Assembly (NCBI GenBank): GCA_963733215.1
Contig: CAVTCN010000023.1
Coordinates: 2,935 to 66,934 of the forward strand
Reading direction: 5' to 3'
From: an uncultured Actinomycetes bacterium
Lineage (GTDB): Bacteria > Actinomycetota > Thermoleophilia > Gaiellales > Gaiellaceae
Length of the DNA stretch: 64,000 nt
Shown here in pieces: positions 55,570-64,000 of this stretch (position 1 is its first letter; every line of letters starts with the position of its first letter). Below the pieces are notes generated by a model. It did no database searches and was not told the origin of the DNA. It saw nothing but the letters and a program-made list of their open reading frames with translations. A program made the position numbers and the translations under genes.

Positions 55570-56667
55570 ATGCGCGGCGTGCTCGAGGTGAGAACGCTGA
55601 CCGACGGGGGCCAGACCCCCGTCGCCGTGGCGGAGCAGATCGCCGCCTTTGTGGGCGGTGCCCGGTCGACGCTGGACTTCGCCCACTACGACTTCAACCT
55701 CGACGGCGACACGGCCGGTGTCGTCGTCGGGGCGATCAAGGCGGCCGCGGCGCGGGGCGTCGCAGTGCGGTTCCTCTACAACCTCGACCACCGGAACCCG
55801 ATCCCCGTGCCGCCTCCGCCCGAGCCCGACGGGCAGCTGATCGCGTCGCTCGAGGTGCCGGTCCGGGCGATCGCCGGCGTGCCGGACCTGATGCACCACA
55901 AGTACGTCGTGCGCGACAACGAGTCGGTCTGGACCGGCTCGACCAACTGGACGGAAGACTCGTGGTTACGACAGGAGAACGTGATCGTGATCGCGGAGTC
56001 CCGCGAGCTGGCCGTGCGGTTCACCGAGAACTTCGACGAGCTCTGGGACACGGGCGCCGTCGAACGCAGCGGTTTCGTCGCCCCCCGGCCGGTGCCGGTC
56101 GGGAACCTCCAGGTGCGGCCGTGGTTCACACCCGGCAACGGCGAAGGCCTTTCGCACCGCATCGGCAAGGCGATCGGCCGGGCGCGCAGGCGCGTGCGGA
56201 TCGCGTCACCCGTCATCACCGCGGCTCCCGTCCTCTCGACGCTCGCGGAGAGGATCTCCGAGGGCGAGCTCGACATCGCCGGCTGCGTCGACCAGCCCCA
56301 GGTTCAGGGGGTCATCTACCAGTGGCGGCAGAACGGCAACATCTCCTGGAAGCTGCCGCTCCTCGAGCGGGTCATGCAGGCGCCGTTCTCGGGCAAGCCG
56401 TCGACGCCCTGGGGTCCGGGAACGCTCCACGACTTCATGCACGCGAAGGTCACGGTCGCGGATGACACGGTCTTCACGGGGAGCTTCAACCTGTCCCGGT
56501 CGGGCGAGCTGAACGCGGAGAACGTGCTCGAGTTCGTGGATCCGGAGCTGGCCGACCGGCTCGCCGGCTACATCGACGCCGTGCGCGCCCGCTACCCCGC
56601 CTTCGCCCTCAAGAAGCCCACCGCTCCCAGCGGACCACCTCCGCTCGCGGCTTCCGGCGACGGGTGA
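55570..56667 (+). CDS. phospholipase D-like protein with two HKD motifs
   Basis: HHKYVVRDNESVWTGSTNWT and HAKVTVADDTVFTGSFNLS. The C-terminal 59 nt overlap the convergent nitroreductase gene. Confidence 0.88.
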   Translation: MRGVLEVRTLTDGGQTPVAVAEQIAAFVGGARSTLDFAHYDFNLDGDTAGVVVGAIKAAAARGVAVRFLYNLDHRNPIPVPPPPEPDGQLIASLEVPVRAIAGVPDLMHHKYVVRDNESVWTGSTNWTEDSWLRQENVIVIAESRELAVRFTENFDELWDTGAVERSGFVAPRPVPVGNLQVRPWFTPGNGEGLSHRIGKAIGRARRRVRIASPVITAAPVLSTLAERISEGELDIAGCVDQPQVQGVIYQWRQNGNISWKLPLLERVMQAPFSGKPSTPWGPGTLHDFMHAKVTVADDTVFTGSFNLSRSGELNAENVLEFVDPELADRLAGYIDAVRARYPAFALKKPTAPSGPPPLAASGDG

Positions 56668-57226
56668 AGACGCTCGCGCCGCTGCTCGGCTCGTCCGACG
56701 CCTCGGCCGGGTAGCCCATCGTCACGACGGCGACGAAGCGCACGTCCTCGGGGAGCGCGAGCGTCTCGCGGAGCGCCGGTAGGTCGGTGACGCCGAAGAT
56801 CGCCGTGTCGAGGCCCTCGTCGATCGCCGCCAGCATGAGCGTCATCGCAGCGGCGCCGGCGTCGACGAACCAGTACGGCGCGGGCCAGTCGATCTCCCTG
56901 CCGCCCGTGATCTTGAGCTTGTCCTGCTGCCGGTATCGGTCGTGGTAGTCGTCTTCGCGGGTCAGGACGACCATGTGGACGGGTGCGGCGGCCTTCCAGC
57001 GCGGCCGGCCTTGCGCGGCGAGCTCGTCCTCCTTCGCGGCCGTCGCGATTCGCTTCCGGGTCTCCGGATCGGTGACGACGACGATCCGGAGCCCCTGCGA
57101 GAAGCCGGCGCTCGGCGCCCAGACGACGGCAGCATCCGCGATCCGTTCGAGCACCTCGCGCGGGACCGGCATGTCCGCATAGGTTCGGACGCTCCGCCGC
57201 CGGGTCAGGACGTCGCGGAACTCCAC
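56609..57226 (-). CDS. nitroreductase family protein
   Basis: F.DVL..RRSVR.Y....VP.EVL..I...A...PSAG..Q......V.D and the C-terminal ...DA..A...L.LAA...GL.... Confidence 0.85.
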   Translation of the reverse strand: MEFRDVLTRRRSVRTYADMPVPREVLERIADAAVVWAPSAGFSQGLRIVVVTDPETRKRIATAAKEDELAAQGRPRWKAAAPVHMVVLTREDDYHDRYRQQDKLKITGGREIDWPAPYWFVDAGAAAMTLMLAAIDEGLDTAIFGVTDLPALRETLALPEDVRFVAVVTMGYPAEASDEPSSGASVFTRRRKPRAEVVRWERWAS

Positions 57227-57236
57227 GGAGGCTCGG

Positions 57237-57641
57237 TCAGATCCCGATCAGGACCGCGCCCGACGGCTCAGCCTCGAGACGACCCTGCTCGATCTGCTCG
57301 GCGATCCGGTCTTCGATCTTGCCGAGGCCGATGCGGTGCGTCGTCCGCCAGGTGTGTGTCTCGGCGGGCGGCCCGTCGGTGTGCGCGCGGATGTTCGGCC
57401 GCGCAAAGCTGAGGCCGCGCTCGAGCAGCCAGATCACGAAGAGCGGGACGACCACGACCCACATGAACCAGCCGGCGCCGTCGAGCGAGATCAGCCGGAC
57501 GATGAACACCAGCATGATCGCGGTGGCGATCAGGCTGGGCCAGAAGAACGGCTCCTGCCGCCGCTCCGCGAACGACTTGCCCTGCGAGATGCGCTCGAGG
57601 GTCCAGGTCCTGCCGTCAGGCGAGCGAACGGTGCGTGCCAC
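57237..57641 (-). CDS. hypothetical membrane protein (134 aa, two TM)
   Basis: Track ORF with high GC3. Two hydrophobic segments: FFWPSLIATAIMLVFIVRLI and WFMWVVVVPLFVIWLL. Confidence 0.6.
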   Translation of the reverse strand: MARTVRSPDGRTWTLERISQGKSFAERRQEPFFWPSLIATAIMLVFIVRLISLDGAGWFMWVVVVPLFVIWLLERGLSFARPNIRAHTDGPPAETHTWRTTHRIGLGKIEDRIAEQIEQGRLEAEPSGAVLIGI

Positions 57642-57658
57642 GGGCGCCGATCATACGC

Positions 57659-57853
57659 TCAGGCAAGGGCGGCTACGAGCACCACAAGCAGGACGATCGC
57701 CCCGAGCACGAGCAGCGCAAGCGTGATCGCGGCGCCGAGCAGGATCCGCCTGGCCTCGTGCGTCAGCCGTTTGGGCAGCGGGCGCGGGTCGTCCGCCGAG
57801 AGGATCCGGTACGCGCGCCGCAGCACCCAGAAGCCGACGAGCCGGTAGACCAT
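57659..57853 (-). CDS. hypothetical small membrane protein (64 aa)
   Basis: Track ORF with C-terminal TM LLGAAITLALLVLGAIVLLVVLVAALA. High GC3. Confidence 0.4.
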   Translation of the reverse strand: MVYRLVGFWVLRRAYRILSADDPRPLPKRLTHEARRILLGAAITLALLVLGAIVLLVVLVAALA

Positions 57854-57883
57854 CGCGCTACTCCTTCCCAGGAGCGCGCCGAC

Positions 57884-59461
57884 TTACTCCCACTCGATCG
57901 TGCTGGGCGGCTTCGACGAGATGTCCAGCGCGACGCGGTTCACGCCGGGGATCTCGTTGATGATCCGGCTCGAGATCGTCTCGAGCAGGTCGTACGGCAG
58001 CCTGGCCCAGTCGGCGGTCATGGCGTCCTCGGACGTGACCGCCCGGATCACGATCGGGTAGGCGTACGTCCGCTCGTCGCCCTGCACGCCGACCGAGCGG
58101 ATCGCCGGCAGCACAGCGAAGGACTGCCAGAGCTCACGGTAGAGCCCGGCGCGCCGCACCTCCTCCTGGAGGATCGCGTCGGCCTCTCGGAGGATCTCGA
58201 GCCGCTCGCGCGTGACCTCGCCGATGATCCTGATCGCCAGGCCCGGGCCGGGGAACGGCTGCCGCCAGACCATGCGCTCCGGCAGGCCGAGCTCCTCGCC
58301 GACGCGACGTACCTCGTCCTTGAACAGCAGGCGCAGCGGCTCGACGAGGTCGAAGTCGACGTCCTCCGGGAGGCCGCCGACGTTGTGGTGCGACTTGATC
58401 ATCGCCGCGACGCCTTCCGTGCCGCCCGACTCGATCACGTCCGAGTAGAGCGTTCCCTGGACGAGATAGCGCATCCGCCCCTGGCGCTTCGCTTCGTCCT
58501 CGAACACGCGGATGAACTCCTCGCCGACGCGCTTGCGCTTCTCTTCCGGATCCTCGACGCCCTCGAGCCGGTCGAGGAACCTGTCCTCCGCCTCCACGTG
58601 CACGAGCGGGACGTTGAAATGGCCCTGGAAGGTCTCGACCACCTGCACCGCCTCGTCCTTCCGCAACAGCCCGTGGTCGACGAAGACGCAGGTGAGCTGG
58701 TCGCCGACCGCCTTGTGCACGAGCAGCGCCGCAACCGCCGAGTCCACCCCGCCGGAGAGCGCGCAGAGCACCCGCTCGGAACCGACCTGGGCGCGGATCC
58801 GCTCGACCTGCTCTTCGATCACCGCGGCCGCCGTCCAGGTCGGCGGCGCCTCCACCACGCCGTACAGGAAGTTCTTAAGCACCTCCTGGCCGTGAGCGGT
58901 GTGCACCACCTCCGGGTGGAACTGAACGCCGTAGAGCCCCCGCTCCGGCGCCTCGAAGGCCGCGATGGGCGTGGACGGCGACGATGCGGTCACCTCGGCG
59001 TCCTCCGGTGGCGCCGTGACGGAGTCGCGATGGCTCATCCACACGACCTGCTCGTCGGGCGTGTCCTCCAGGAGCGCGCCGCCGGCAGCACGAAGGTCCG
59101 CCCGGCCGAACTCGGACCCTCCGGTCCGCTCCACACGACCGCCGAGATCGAGCGCCATGAGCTGCATCCCGTAACAGATGCCGAGCGTCGGGATCCCGAG
59201 CTCCCACACGGCGCGGTCGAGCTTCGGCGCCTCGTCGGCGTACACCGACGCGGGCCCACCGCTCAGGATCAGGGCGCGCGGGTTTCGCGCACGGATCGCC
59301 TGTGCCGGCGTGCGGTGCGAGACGAGCTCCGAGTACACGCGCGCCTCACGCACGCGGCGGGCGATCAGCTGCGAGTACTGGCCGCCGAAGTCCACGACCA
59401 GGACCGGCCGGTCCTCGGGCGAGTCCTCCGTTCGCTCGAACGGAAGGATCTCTGCGCTCAT
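57884..59461 (-). CDS. guaA: GMP synthase (glutamine-hydrolysing)
   Basis: From ATG 59461: GATase ([35 protein letters not shown]), ATP-PPase (SGGVDS), ending ...[13 protein letters not shown] overlap with guaB3. Confidence 0.95.
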   Translation of the reverse strand: MSAEILPFERTEDSPEDRPVLVVDFGGQYSQLIARRVREARVYSELVSHRTPAQAIRARNPRALILSGGPASVYADEAPKLDRAVWELGIPTLGICYGMQLMALDLGGRVERTGGSEFGRADLRAAGGALLEDTPDEQVVWMSHRDSVTAPPEDAEVTASSPSTPIAAFEAPERGLYGVQFHPEVVHTAHGQEVLKNFLYGVVEAPPTWTAAAVIEEQVERIRAQVGSERVLCALSGGVDSAVAALLVHKAVGDQLTCVFVDHGLLRKDEAVQVVETFQGHFNVPLVHVEAEDRFLDRLEGVEDPEEKRKRVGEEFIRVFEDEAKRQGRMRYLVQGTLYSDVIESGGTEGVAAMIKSHHNVGGLPEDVDFDLVEPLRLLFKDEVRRVGEELGLPERMVWRQPFPGPGLAIRIIGEVTRERLEILREADAILQEEVRRAGLYRELWQSFAVLPAIRSVGVQGDERTYAYPIVIRAVTSEDAMTADWARLPYDLLETISSRIINEIPGVNRVALDISSKPPSTIEWE

Positions 59462-60615
59462 CCCATGCCGATCTGCTGCGACTGCTGGAGCCCCTTGCCT
59501 TCGGTCTTGATCGCCGGCGCCAGCATGATCTCGGCCTTCTGGAAGTCGTGGATCGACTCGTACCCGCACGTCGCCATCGCCGTCCGGAGCGCGCCCATCA
59601 GGTTCAGCGTCCCGTCGTTCTCGGTCGCCGGGCCGATCACGATCTGTTCGAGCGTCGCCGGCTGGTCGACCTGCACGCGGGCACCGCGGGGGAGCGTCGG
59701 GTGGAACGTCGCCATCCCCCAGTGGTATCCGCGGCCTGGCGCCTCCTTGGCGCGGGCGAGCGGCGAGCCGACCATGACCGCGTCGGCGCCGCAGGCGATC
59801 GCCTTCGCGATGTCGCCCCCGGTACGCATCCCGCCGTCGGCGATCACGTTCACGTAGTTCCCGGTCTCGAGCAGGTGCTGGACACGTGCCGCGCTGGCGT
59901 CCGAGATCGCTGTCGCCTGCGGGACGCCGACGCCGAGCACGCCGCGAGTCGTGCAGGCGGCGCCCGGCCCGACGCCGACGAGCACCGCCTCGGCGCCGGT
60001 GCGCATCAGGTGCAGCGCTGTCTGGTACGACGCGCAGCCCCCGACGATCACCGGGATCGGGATCTCCGCGATGAACTCCTTCAGGTTCAGCGCGGCGCCG
60101 TTGGACGAGACGTGCTCGGCCGAGACCACCGTTCCCTGGATGACGAGGACGTCGAGCCCGGCGGCAAGCGCGATCTCGTAGTGGTCGCGTACCCGCTGCG
60201 GCGTCAGCGACCCGGCGACGAGGACGCCCCTCGACTTGATCTCCTCGATGCGCCGGGCGATCAGCCGCGGCTCGACGGGCTGCTCGTAGATCTTCTGCAT
60301 CATCGCCGTCGCCTTCTCCTTGGGCGCCTTGGCGATCTTGGTCAGCTGGATGTCCGCGTCCTCGTAACGGCTGAAGATCCCTTCGAGGTTGAGGACGCCG
60401 AGGCCCCCGAGCTCCCCGAGCTTGATCGCGGTCTCCGGCGAGATCACGCCGTCCATCGCGGAGCCGATCAGCGGCAGCTCGAGCAGGTGCGGCCCGAGCT
60501 TCCAGCCGATGTCGACGTCCTGCGGGTCGCGCGTCCGGCGGCTCGGCACGATCGCGATGTCGTCGAAGCCGTAGGCCTGACGCGCCTTCTTCCCTCGCCC
60601 GATCTCAATCTCCAT
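59458..60615 (-). CDS. guaB3: GuaB3-type IMP dehydrogenase-family protein (no CBS pair)
   Basis: [24 protein letters not shown]...[27 protein letters not shown]...GGDI.KA.A.GADAVM.GS. Strong RBS AAGGAGGA. Confidence 0.9.
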   Translation of the reverse strand: MEIEIGRGKKARQAYGFDDIAIVPSRRTRDPQDVDIGWKLGPHLLELPLIGSAMDGVISPETAIKLGELGGLGVLNLEGIFSRYEDADIQLTKIAKAPKEKATAMMQKIYEQPVEPRLIARRIEEIKSRGVLVAGSLTPQRVRDHYEIALAAGLDVLVIQGTVVSAEHVSSNGAALNLKEFIAEIPIPVIVGGCASYQTALHLMRTGAEAVLVGVGPGAACTTRGVLGVGVPQATAISDASAARVQHLLETGNYVNVIADGGMRTGGDIAKAIACGADAVMVGSPLARAKEAPGRGYHWGMATFHPTLPRGARVQVDQPATLEQIVIGPATENDGTLNLMGALRTAMATCGYESIHDFQKAEIMLAPAIKTEGKGLQQSQQIGMG

Positions 60616-60628
60616 CGTGTCCTCCTTT

Positions 60629-60790
60629 GTGCCTCTTCAGGTAATGCCGTCGAGCTTCTGGGTCGCGAGCACCAAGCCAGAGTGCGCACTCCGACGAGCC
60701 AAGGCTAGGCAGCCTTGGTGAGGAGGAGGGTGCGCTCTGGCGCCGCGTGATCGCGGGCCAGAAGCCGACATGTATTGCCTGGAGAGGCAC
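60629..60790 (-). ncRNA. candidate structured RNA (6S-like rod, guaB3 leader, or palindromic repeat element)
   Basis: Nested, co-linear helices found by eye on the minus strand. 60778-60790 pairs with 60629-60641 (12/13 bp). 60758-60765 pairs with 60654-60661 (8 bp). 60735-60740 pairs with 60677-60682 (6 bp). 60730-60734 pairs with 60685-60689 (5 bp). Apical hairpin at 60699-60718 (8 bp, GCCU loop). Unpaired bubble of 17 nt opposite 15 nt at 60741-60757 and 60662-60676. Confidence 0.3.
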
Positions 60791-60829
60791 TTGCACAAAG
60801 GCCCAGGCTCCTCGCGGTTGGCCTGGGCC
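60791..60829 (-). terminator. rho-independent-like terminator after the lipoprotein gene
   Basis: GGCCCAGGC (60821-29 on the minus strand) pairs with GCCUGGGCC (60800-08): a 9-bp GC stem with a 12-nt loop, followed by UUUGUGCAA. Confidence 0.5.
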
Positions 60830-60897
60830 GGGAGACTTCTCTGTGTCAATCCCTCTCAATCGAGAATCGATCGTAACAGCGCACTCCGACAGCACCT

Positions 60898-61919
60898 TCA
60901 GCGGTTCCAGTGCGGGTAGGCGACGCGGCCGGTGATCAGCGCGCGCGCCCGGCCGGTCGCAAGGGAGTAGATGCCGATCGTGCAAGGCAGCTCCGCCCCG
61001 CAGCCCGCGCCGACGGCGTAGCGCCCGTCGCGCGAGGGATGGTCGACGTACATCGGTTGCTCGCGCCGCGGCCGGGGATCGAGGTCCGCAACGCGGGCTC
61101 GACCCGAGCGCCTGTTCACGAGCGTGAGCACGGCGCCCCATTCCGTGGGGATCGTCGCGAGCAGGAGGGGCGAGCCGGAGACCCAGGCGAACGGTCTGAC
61201 GCCGTAGCGGCCGAGAATGGCGAACCGGTTCGGGAGCGTTCGCATCACCGGCGCCCGTTGCCCTCCCTCGGTTCCCATCTGCCAGATCCGCGGCTTGAAG
61301 CAGCCGGTGCCGACGGGTCGGTAGGCGAAGACGATCGAATCAGGGCCCCAGACCGGATGGCTGCTCCGACCGCCGGTGGTCAGGCGGCGCTTCGAGCTCC
61401 CGTCGACCTGCGCGCTGTAGATGTCGAACCCGCACTCGCCGGAGGGCGGACGCTGGAGGTAGACGTCGTACGCGATCGTGGTGCCGTCGAGCGAGATGCT
61501 CCACGTCGTCACCTCGCGCCCCTCGATCACGTCGACGCTTCGATCGTCCAAGTCGATGTTGACGAATGCCCTTCGCTGGAACGCGAGCAGATGGCGGGAG
61601 TCGGGTAGCCATCCCGCTGGCTTCGCCCAAGCGATGAAGCGCTCGCCGCGGCCGTTGGGGTCGACCGTGTAGATCCCGCCCCGCCGCGAGATCGCGATCC
61701 TCCGGCCGTCGGGCGAGACCAGCCCGTAGCCCCCACGCGTCAGTCGTCTCATCCGGGTGCCGTTCACTTCGCCGATCCAGACGGTCTGCTGAGGCTTACC
61801 GAGCGCCCTCGTGTAGACGAGGTGCTTCCCGGCACCGCGGCGACCGGCGCAGCGTCTCCGCCGGTCCCGCACGCAGAGCAGAGGAGGGCGGCAGCCGCGA
61901 GAAGCGCCGCCCGTGTCAT
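60898..61919 (-). pseudogene. lipoprotein with TolB/PD40-like beta-propeller, frame broken once
   Basis: Lipobox MTRAALLAAAALLCSAC|G, then GDAAPVAA | GAGKHLVYTRALGKPQQTVWIGEVNG..SPDGRRIA..SLDGTTIAY..HPVWGPDSIVFAY... Junction at about 61831-61842. ATG shares one nt with the pfkB stop (TGATGA). Confidence 0.7.
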
Positions 61920-62878
61920 CACAACTCCGAGGGAACGCGCTCGAGCTTCTCGATCTCGACACCCTCCGCGAGGCGCGTGAGCTCGCGCGGCTCGAACCGG
62001 CCGGCGCCGACCTCCTGCACCGCTGCGGCGCCGGCGGCCACGGCGCGCTGCAGCGCCTCCTCGAGCGGGAGCTCGTCCAGCCGCGCGGCCATGTAGCCCG
62101 CAAGCAGCACGTCGCCCGACCCTGCGGGCGAGACGGTCGCAACCTCCGGGACGGCCGCGTGGAAGCGCTCGACCTCGCGTTCCTCCCGGAGCAGCGCGTA
62201 GCAGCCCGAGGTGAGCGTGATCAGGACGTTTCTGGCGCCCAGGTCGGAGATGTGGTCGAGCGCCTGGACGAAGTCCTGCGGGTCGTGGAACTCCTGCCCG
62301 ACGAGCCCCTCGGCTTCCCGCTCGTTCGGCGTGACGAGGAACGGCTCCGCCTCCGTTCCGAGCCGGAGCGGTTGTCCCTCCGCGTCGAGCACCGCCCGGA
62401 TCCCGCGCCGCTCGAGCTCGCGGATCGCCTCGGCATAGAAACCATCGTCCACACCGCGGGGCAGCGTGCCGGCGAAGACGACCATGTCCGCGCCGCGCGA
62501 GAGGTAGCGAAGCTTCTCCAGCAGGAGCTCGAGCTCCTCCGGCGTCACGTGCGGCCCCCACTCGTTGATCTCCGTGTACGTGCCGCCGGTGGGGTCGACC
62601 ACGGCCGTGGAAGTCCGCGACTCCTCGCCGATTCGGACGAAGTCGTTGAGGATCCCCTCGCGCGTGAGCTCGCTGACGACCCGCGCGCCCGTCCGGCCGC
62701 CCGCCAGCCCGGTCGCCACGACCGGCACGTCCATCCGCTTCAGCGCACGGGCGATGTTGATGCCCTTTCCGCCGGCGAGCGTCAGGCCGGCGCTCGCGCG
62801 GTGCCGCTGGCCGGGCTGGAAGTTCGGGACCGTCACCGTCCGGTCGAGGGCCGCGTTCATCGTGACCGTGATGATCAG
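61919..62878 (-). CDS. 1-phosphofructokinase-family (PfkB) sugar kinase
   Basis: IITVTMNAALDRTV, GGKGINIARAL, and GAGDV-type SPAGSGDVLLAGY. A GGAGG lies 9 nt upstream of a CTG at 62878 (giving MIITVTMNAALD) that overlaps the upstream stop. Otherwise the start is ATG 62860. Confidence 0.85.
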   Translation of the reverse strand: MIITVTMNAALDRTVTVPNFQPGQRHRASAGLTLAGGKGINIARALKRMDVPVVATGLAGGRTGARVVSELTREGILNDFVRIGEESRTSTAVVDPTGGTYTEINEWGPHVTPEELELLLEKLRYLSRGADMVVFAGTLPRGVDDGFYAEAIRELERRGIRAVLDAEGQPLRLGTEAEPFLVTPNEREAEGLVGQEFHDPQDFVQALDHISDLGARNVLITLTSGCYALLREEREVERFHAAVPEVATVSPAGSGDVLLAGYMAARLDELPLEEALQRAVAAGAAAVQEVGAGRFEPRELTRLAEGVEIEKLERVPSEL

Positions 62879-63995
62879 GAGAACCAGCCTCCGATGTGAT
62901 CGAGCGTGCGGCCGGCGTACCAGCCGGTCCGGTCGAAGAAGCCCGGGTCGTCTCTGGCCTCGGCGGCGACGAGCGGCGTCCGTCCGAGGAGCCGCTTGCG
63001 GTCGTAGACGCGGACCTCGCCGACTACCTGCCCCTCCCTGACGGGAAGGTCGAGCCGGCTCGGCATGACGACGCGCTCGACAAGCGGGCGTCCGATCCGG
63101 ACCGGTCTCCGCATGGGCCGCGCGGCGACGACGGGCACCGGTTCGAAGCCCCACTCGACGGGGATCCGGCCGTAGACGCGGTCCGGCGACGCGAGCGGCA
63201 CGAACGCGTACCGCGACATGCCCCAGGCGAGCAGCTCCTCGAGATCCGCGTTGCGGCCGCCGCGCGACGGGCTTCCGAGGACCGTCGCGTAGATCGTCAC
63301 GTGATTCCCGCGGGCTGCGGCGACCTGGTTCCACCCGGCGCCGGATGTGTGGCCGGTCTTGACGCCGAACGTGCCAGGGAACTCGCCGAGGAGGTCGTTC
63401 CAGGTGTGAAGCGTCCGCCCGCCGGAGATCGACGCCGACTCCTGGCGCACGAGCCGCCGCACGACCGGGCTCTTCATCGCCTCGAGCGCGAGCCGCGTGA
63501 CGTCGGAGGCGGACGAGTAGTGGCCGGGTGTGTCGAGCCCGTCGGGCCGCACGAACTGTGTCTCGTTGAGGCCGAGCGCCTTCGCGCGCTGGTTCATGTA
63601 CGCGACGAACGGGCCGCTGTCGCCGCCGCCGACGTGCTCGGCGAGCGCGACCGCGCTGTCGTTCGCACTCTGGATCAGCGCGGCGGCGACGAGGTCGCGG
63701 AGCGGCAACTGCTCACCCGGCGCGGAGCCGGATCGTCGATCCGGTCACGTCCGACCGCGTCCCGGTCCACCGAGACCATCGCGCCGGGCTTCGAGCGCTC
63801 GAGCGCGACGAGCACGGTCATCAGCTTCGTGATGCTCGCGATCGGGAGCCGGTCGTGCGCCCGGCGCGCAAGCAGCACCTCGCCCGACTGAGCCTCCTGC
63901 ACGAGGTAGGCGCGAGCGTCGACCTCGGGAGTCGCCGCGGACGCGGCTGAGGTCGAACAGGCAAGGACAGCGACGAGGACCGCCAGTCGCTTCAC
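62875..63995 (-). pseudogene. D-alanyl-D-alanine carboxypeptidase (S11, DacB-like), two frame breaks about 33 nt apart
   Basis: Signal MKRLAVLVAVLACSTSAASA. SxxK (IASITKLMT), SxN (QSANDSA) and KTG (VKTGHT). Conserved sequence runs VSVDRDAVG | VTGSTIRLRAG | EQLPLRDLVAAALIQSANDS through three frames, with breaks at about 63748-63751 and 63715-63719. Confidence 0.85.
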
Positions 63996-64000
63996 GGGCG

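Noticed and set aside
60844-60849. TTGACA -35 box (minus strand) as promoter of the structured RNA or guaB3
   Set aside because: No acceptable -10 hexamer lies 16-19 nt downstream (CCAGGC/CAGGCC). A terminator-like hairpin follows it, so promoter assignment is not supportable from sequence alone.
60679-60890. Direct 12-mer repeat GCGCACTCCGAC (60684-60695 and 60879-60890) as alternative-pairing elements of an attenuator
   Set aside because: Several chance 12-mer repeats within 200 bp are expected at this base composition. It is mentioned only as context for the structured region, not as independent evidence.

Overview
Very GC-rich chromosomal core segment. Third codon positions are almost always G/C, so long antisense shadow ORFs are common in the supplied track. 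Gene content looks Actinobacteria-like, which is inference: GuaB3-GuaA pair, type-2 IleS, MEP-pathway IspH, ECF sigma, multi-GAF histidine kinase.

I can support about 75 protein genes and six tRNA genes, none with an encoded CCA: Leu-TAG, Arg-TCG, His-GTG, Arg-TCT, Gly-TCC, Pro-TGG. I saw no rRNA, CRISPR array, transposase or integrase.

Housekeeping genes:
- tig (partial, missing from the ORF track), ispH, ileS, trxA, lysA, fabI
- cca-alr-nnr-acpS block, arfB, glmS, glmM, rplM-rpsI, guaB3-guaA

Accessory or poorly characterised content:
- two CAP/SCP secreted proteins and two S8 proteases
- a DUF1800-DUF1501-cupredoxin operon and a cupredoxin-like/polytopic-membrane/micropeptide operon
- an ECF sigma/anti-sigma pair, a CHASE2 cyclase next to a cNMP-binding protein, a GGDEF protein and a PLD-like protein

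Observations worth a second look:
1. An AhpE-like peroxiredoxin has an in-frame TGA exactly at the peroxidatic-Cys position, followed by a SECIS-like hairpin. This is a candidate selenoprotein.
2. A roughly 160-nt rod-shaped RNA structure lies just upstream of guaB3. It could be 6S-like, a leader, or an ERIC-like palindromic element.
3. Two copies of a 20-bp AT-rich palindrome sit between convergent genes.
4. A small ORF is bracketed by 14-bp AT-rich inverted repeats next to an Arg-rich repeat micro-ORF downstream of ileS.
5. At least 13 reading-frame breaks occur in otherwise well-conserved genes, including essential ileS. This most likely reflects indel errors in the assembly and affects how everything else should be read.

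All translations, folds and coordinates were done by eye. Frame-break positions are approximate to about 10 nt, and no database search was possible.
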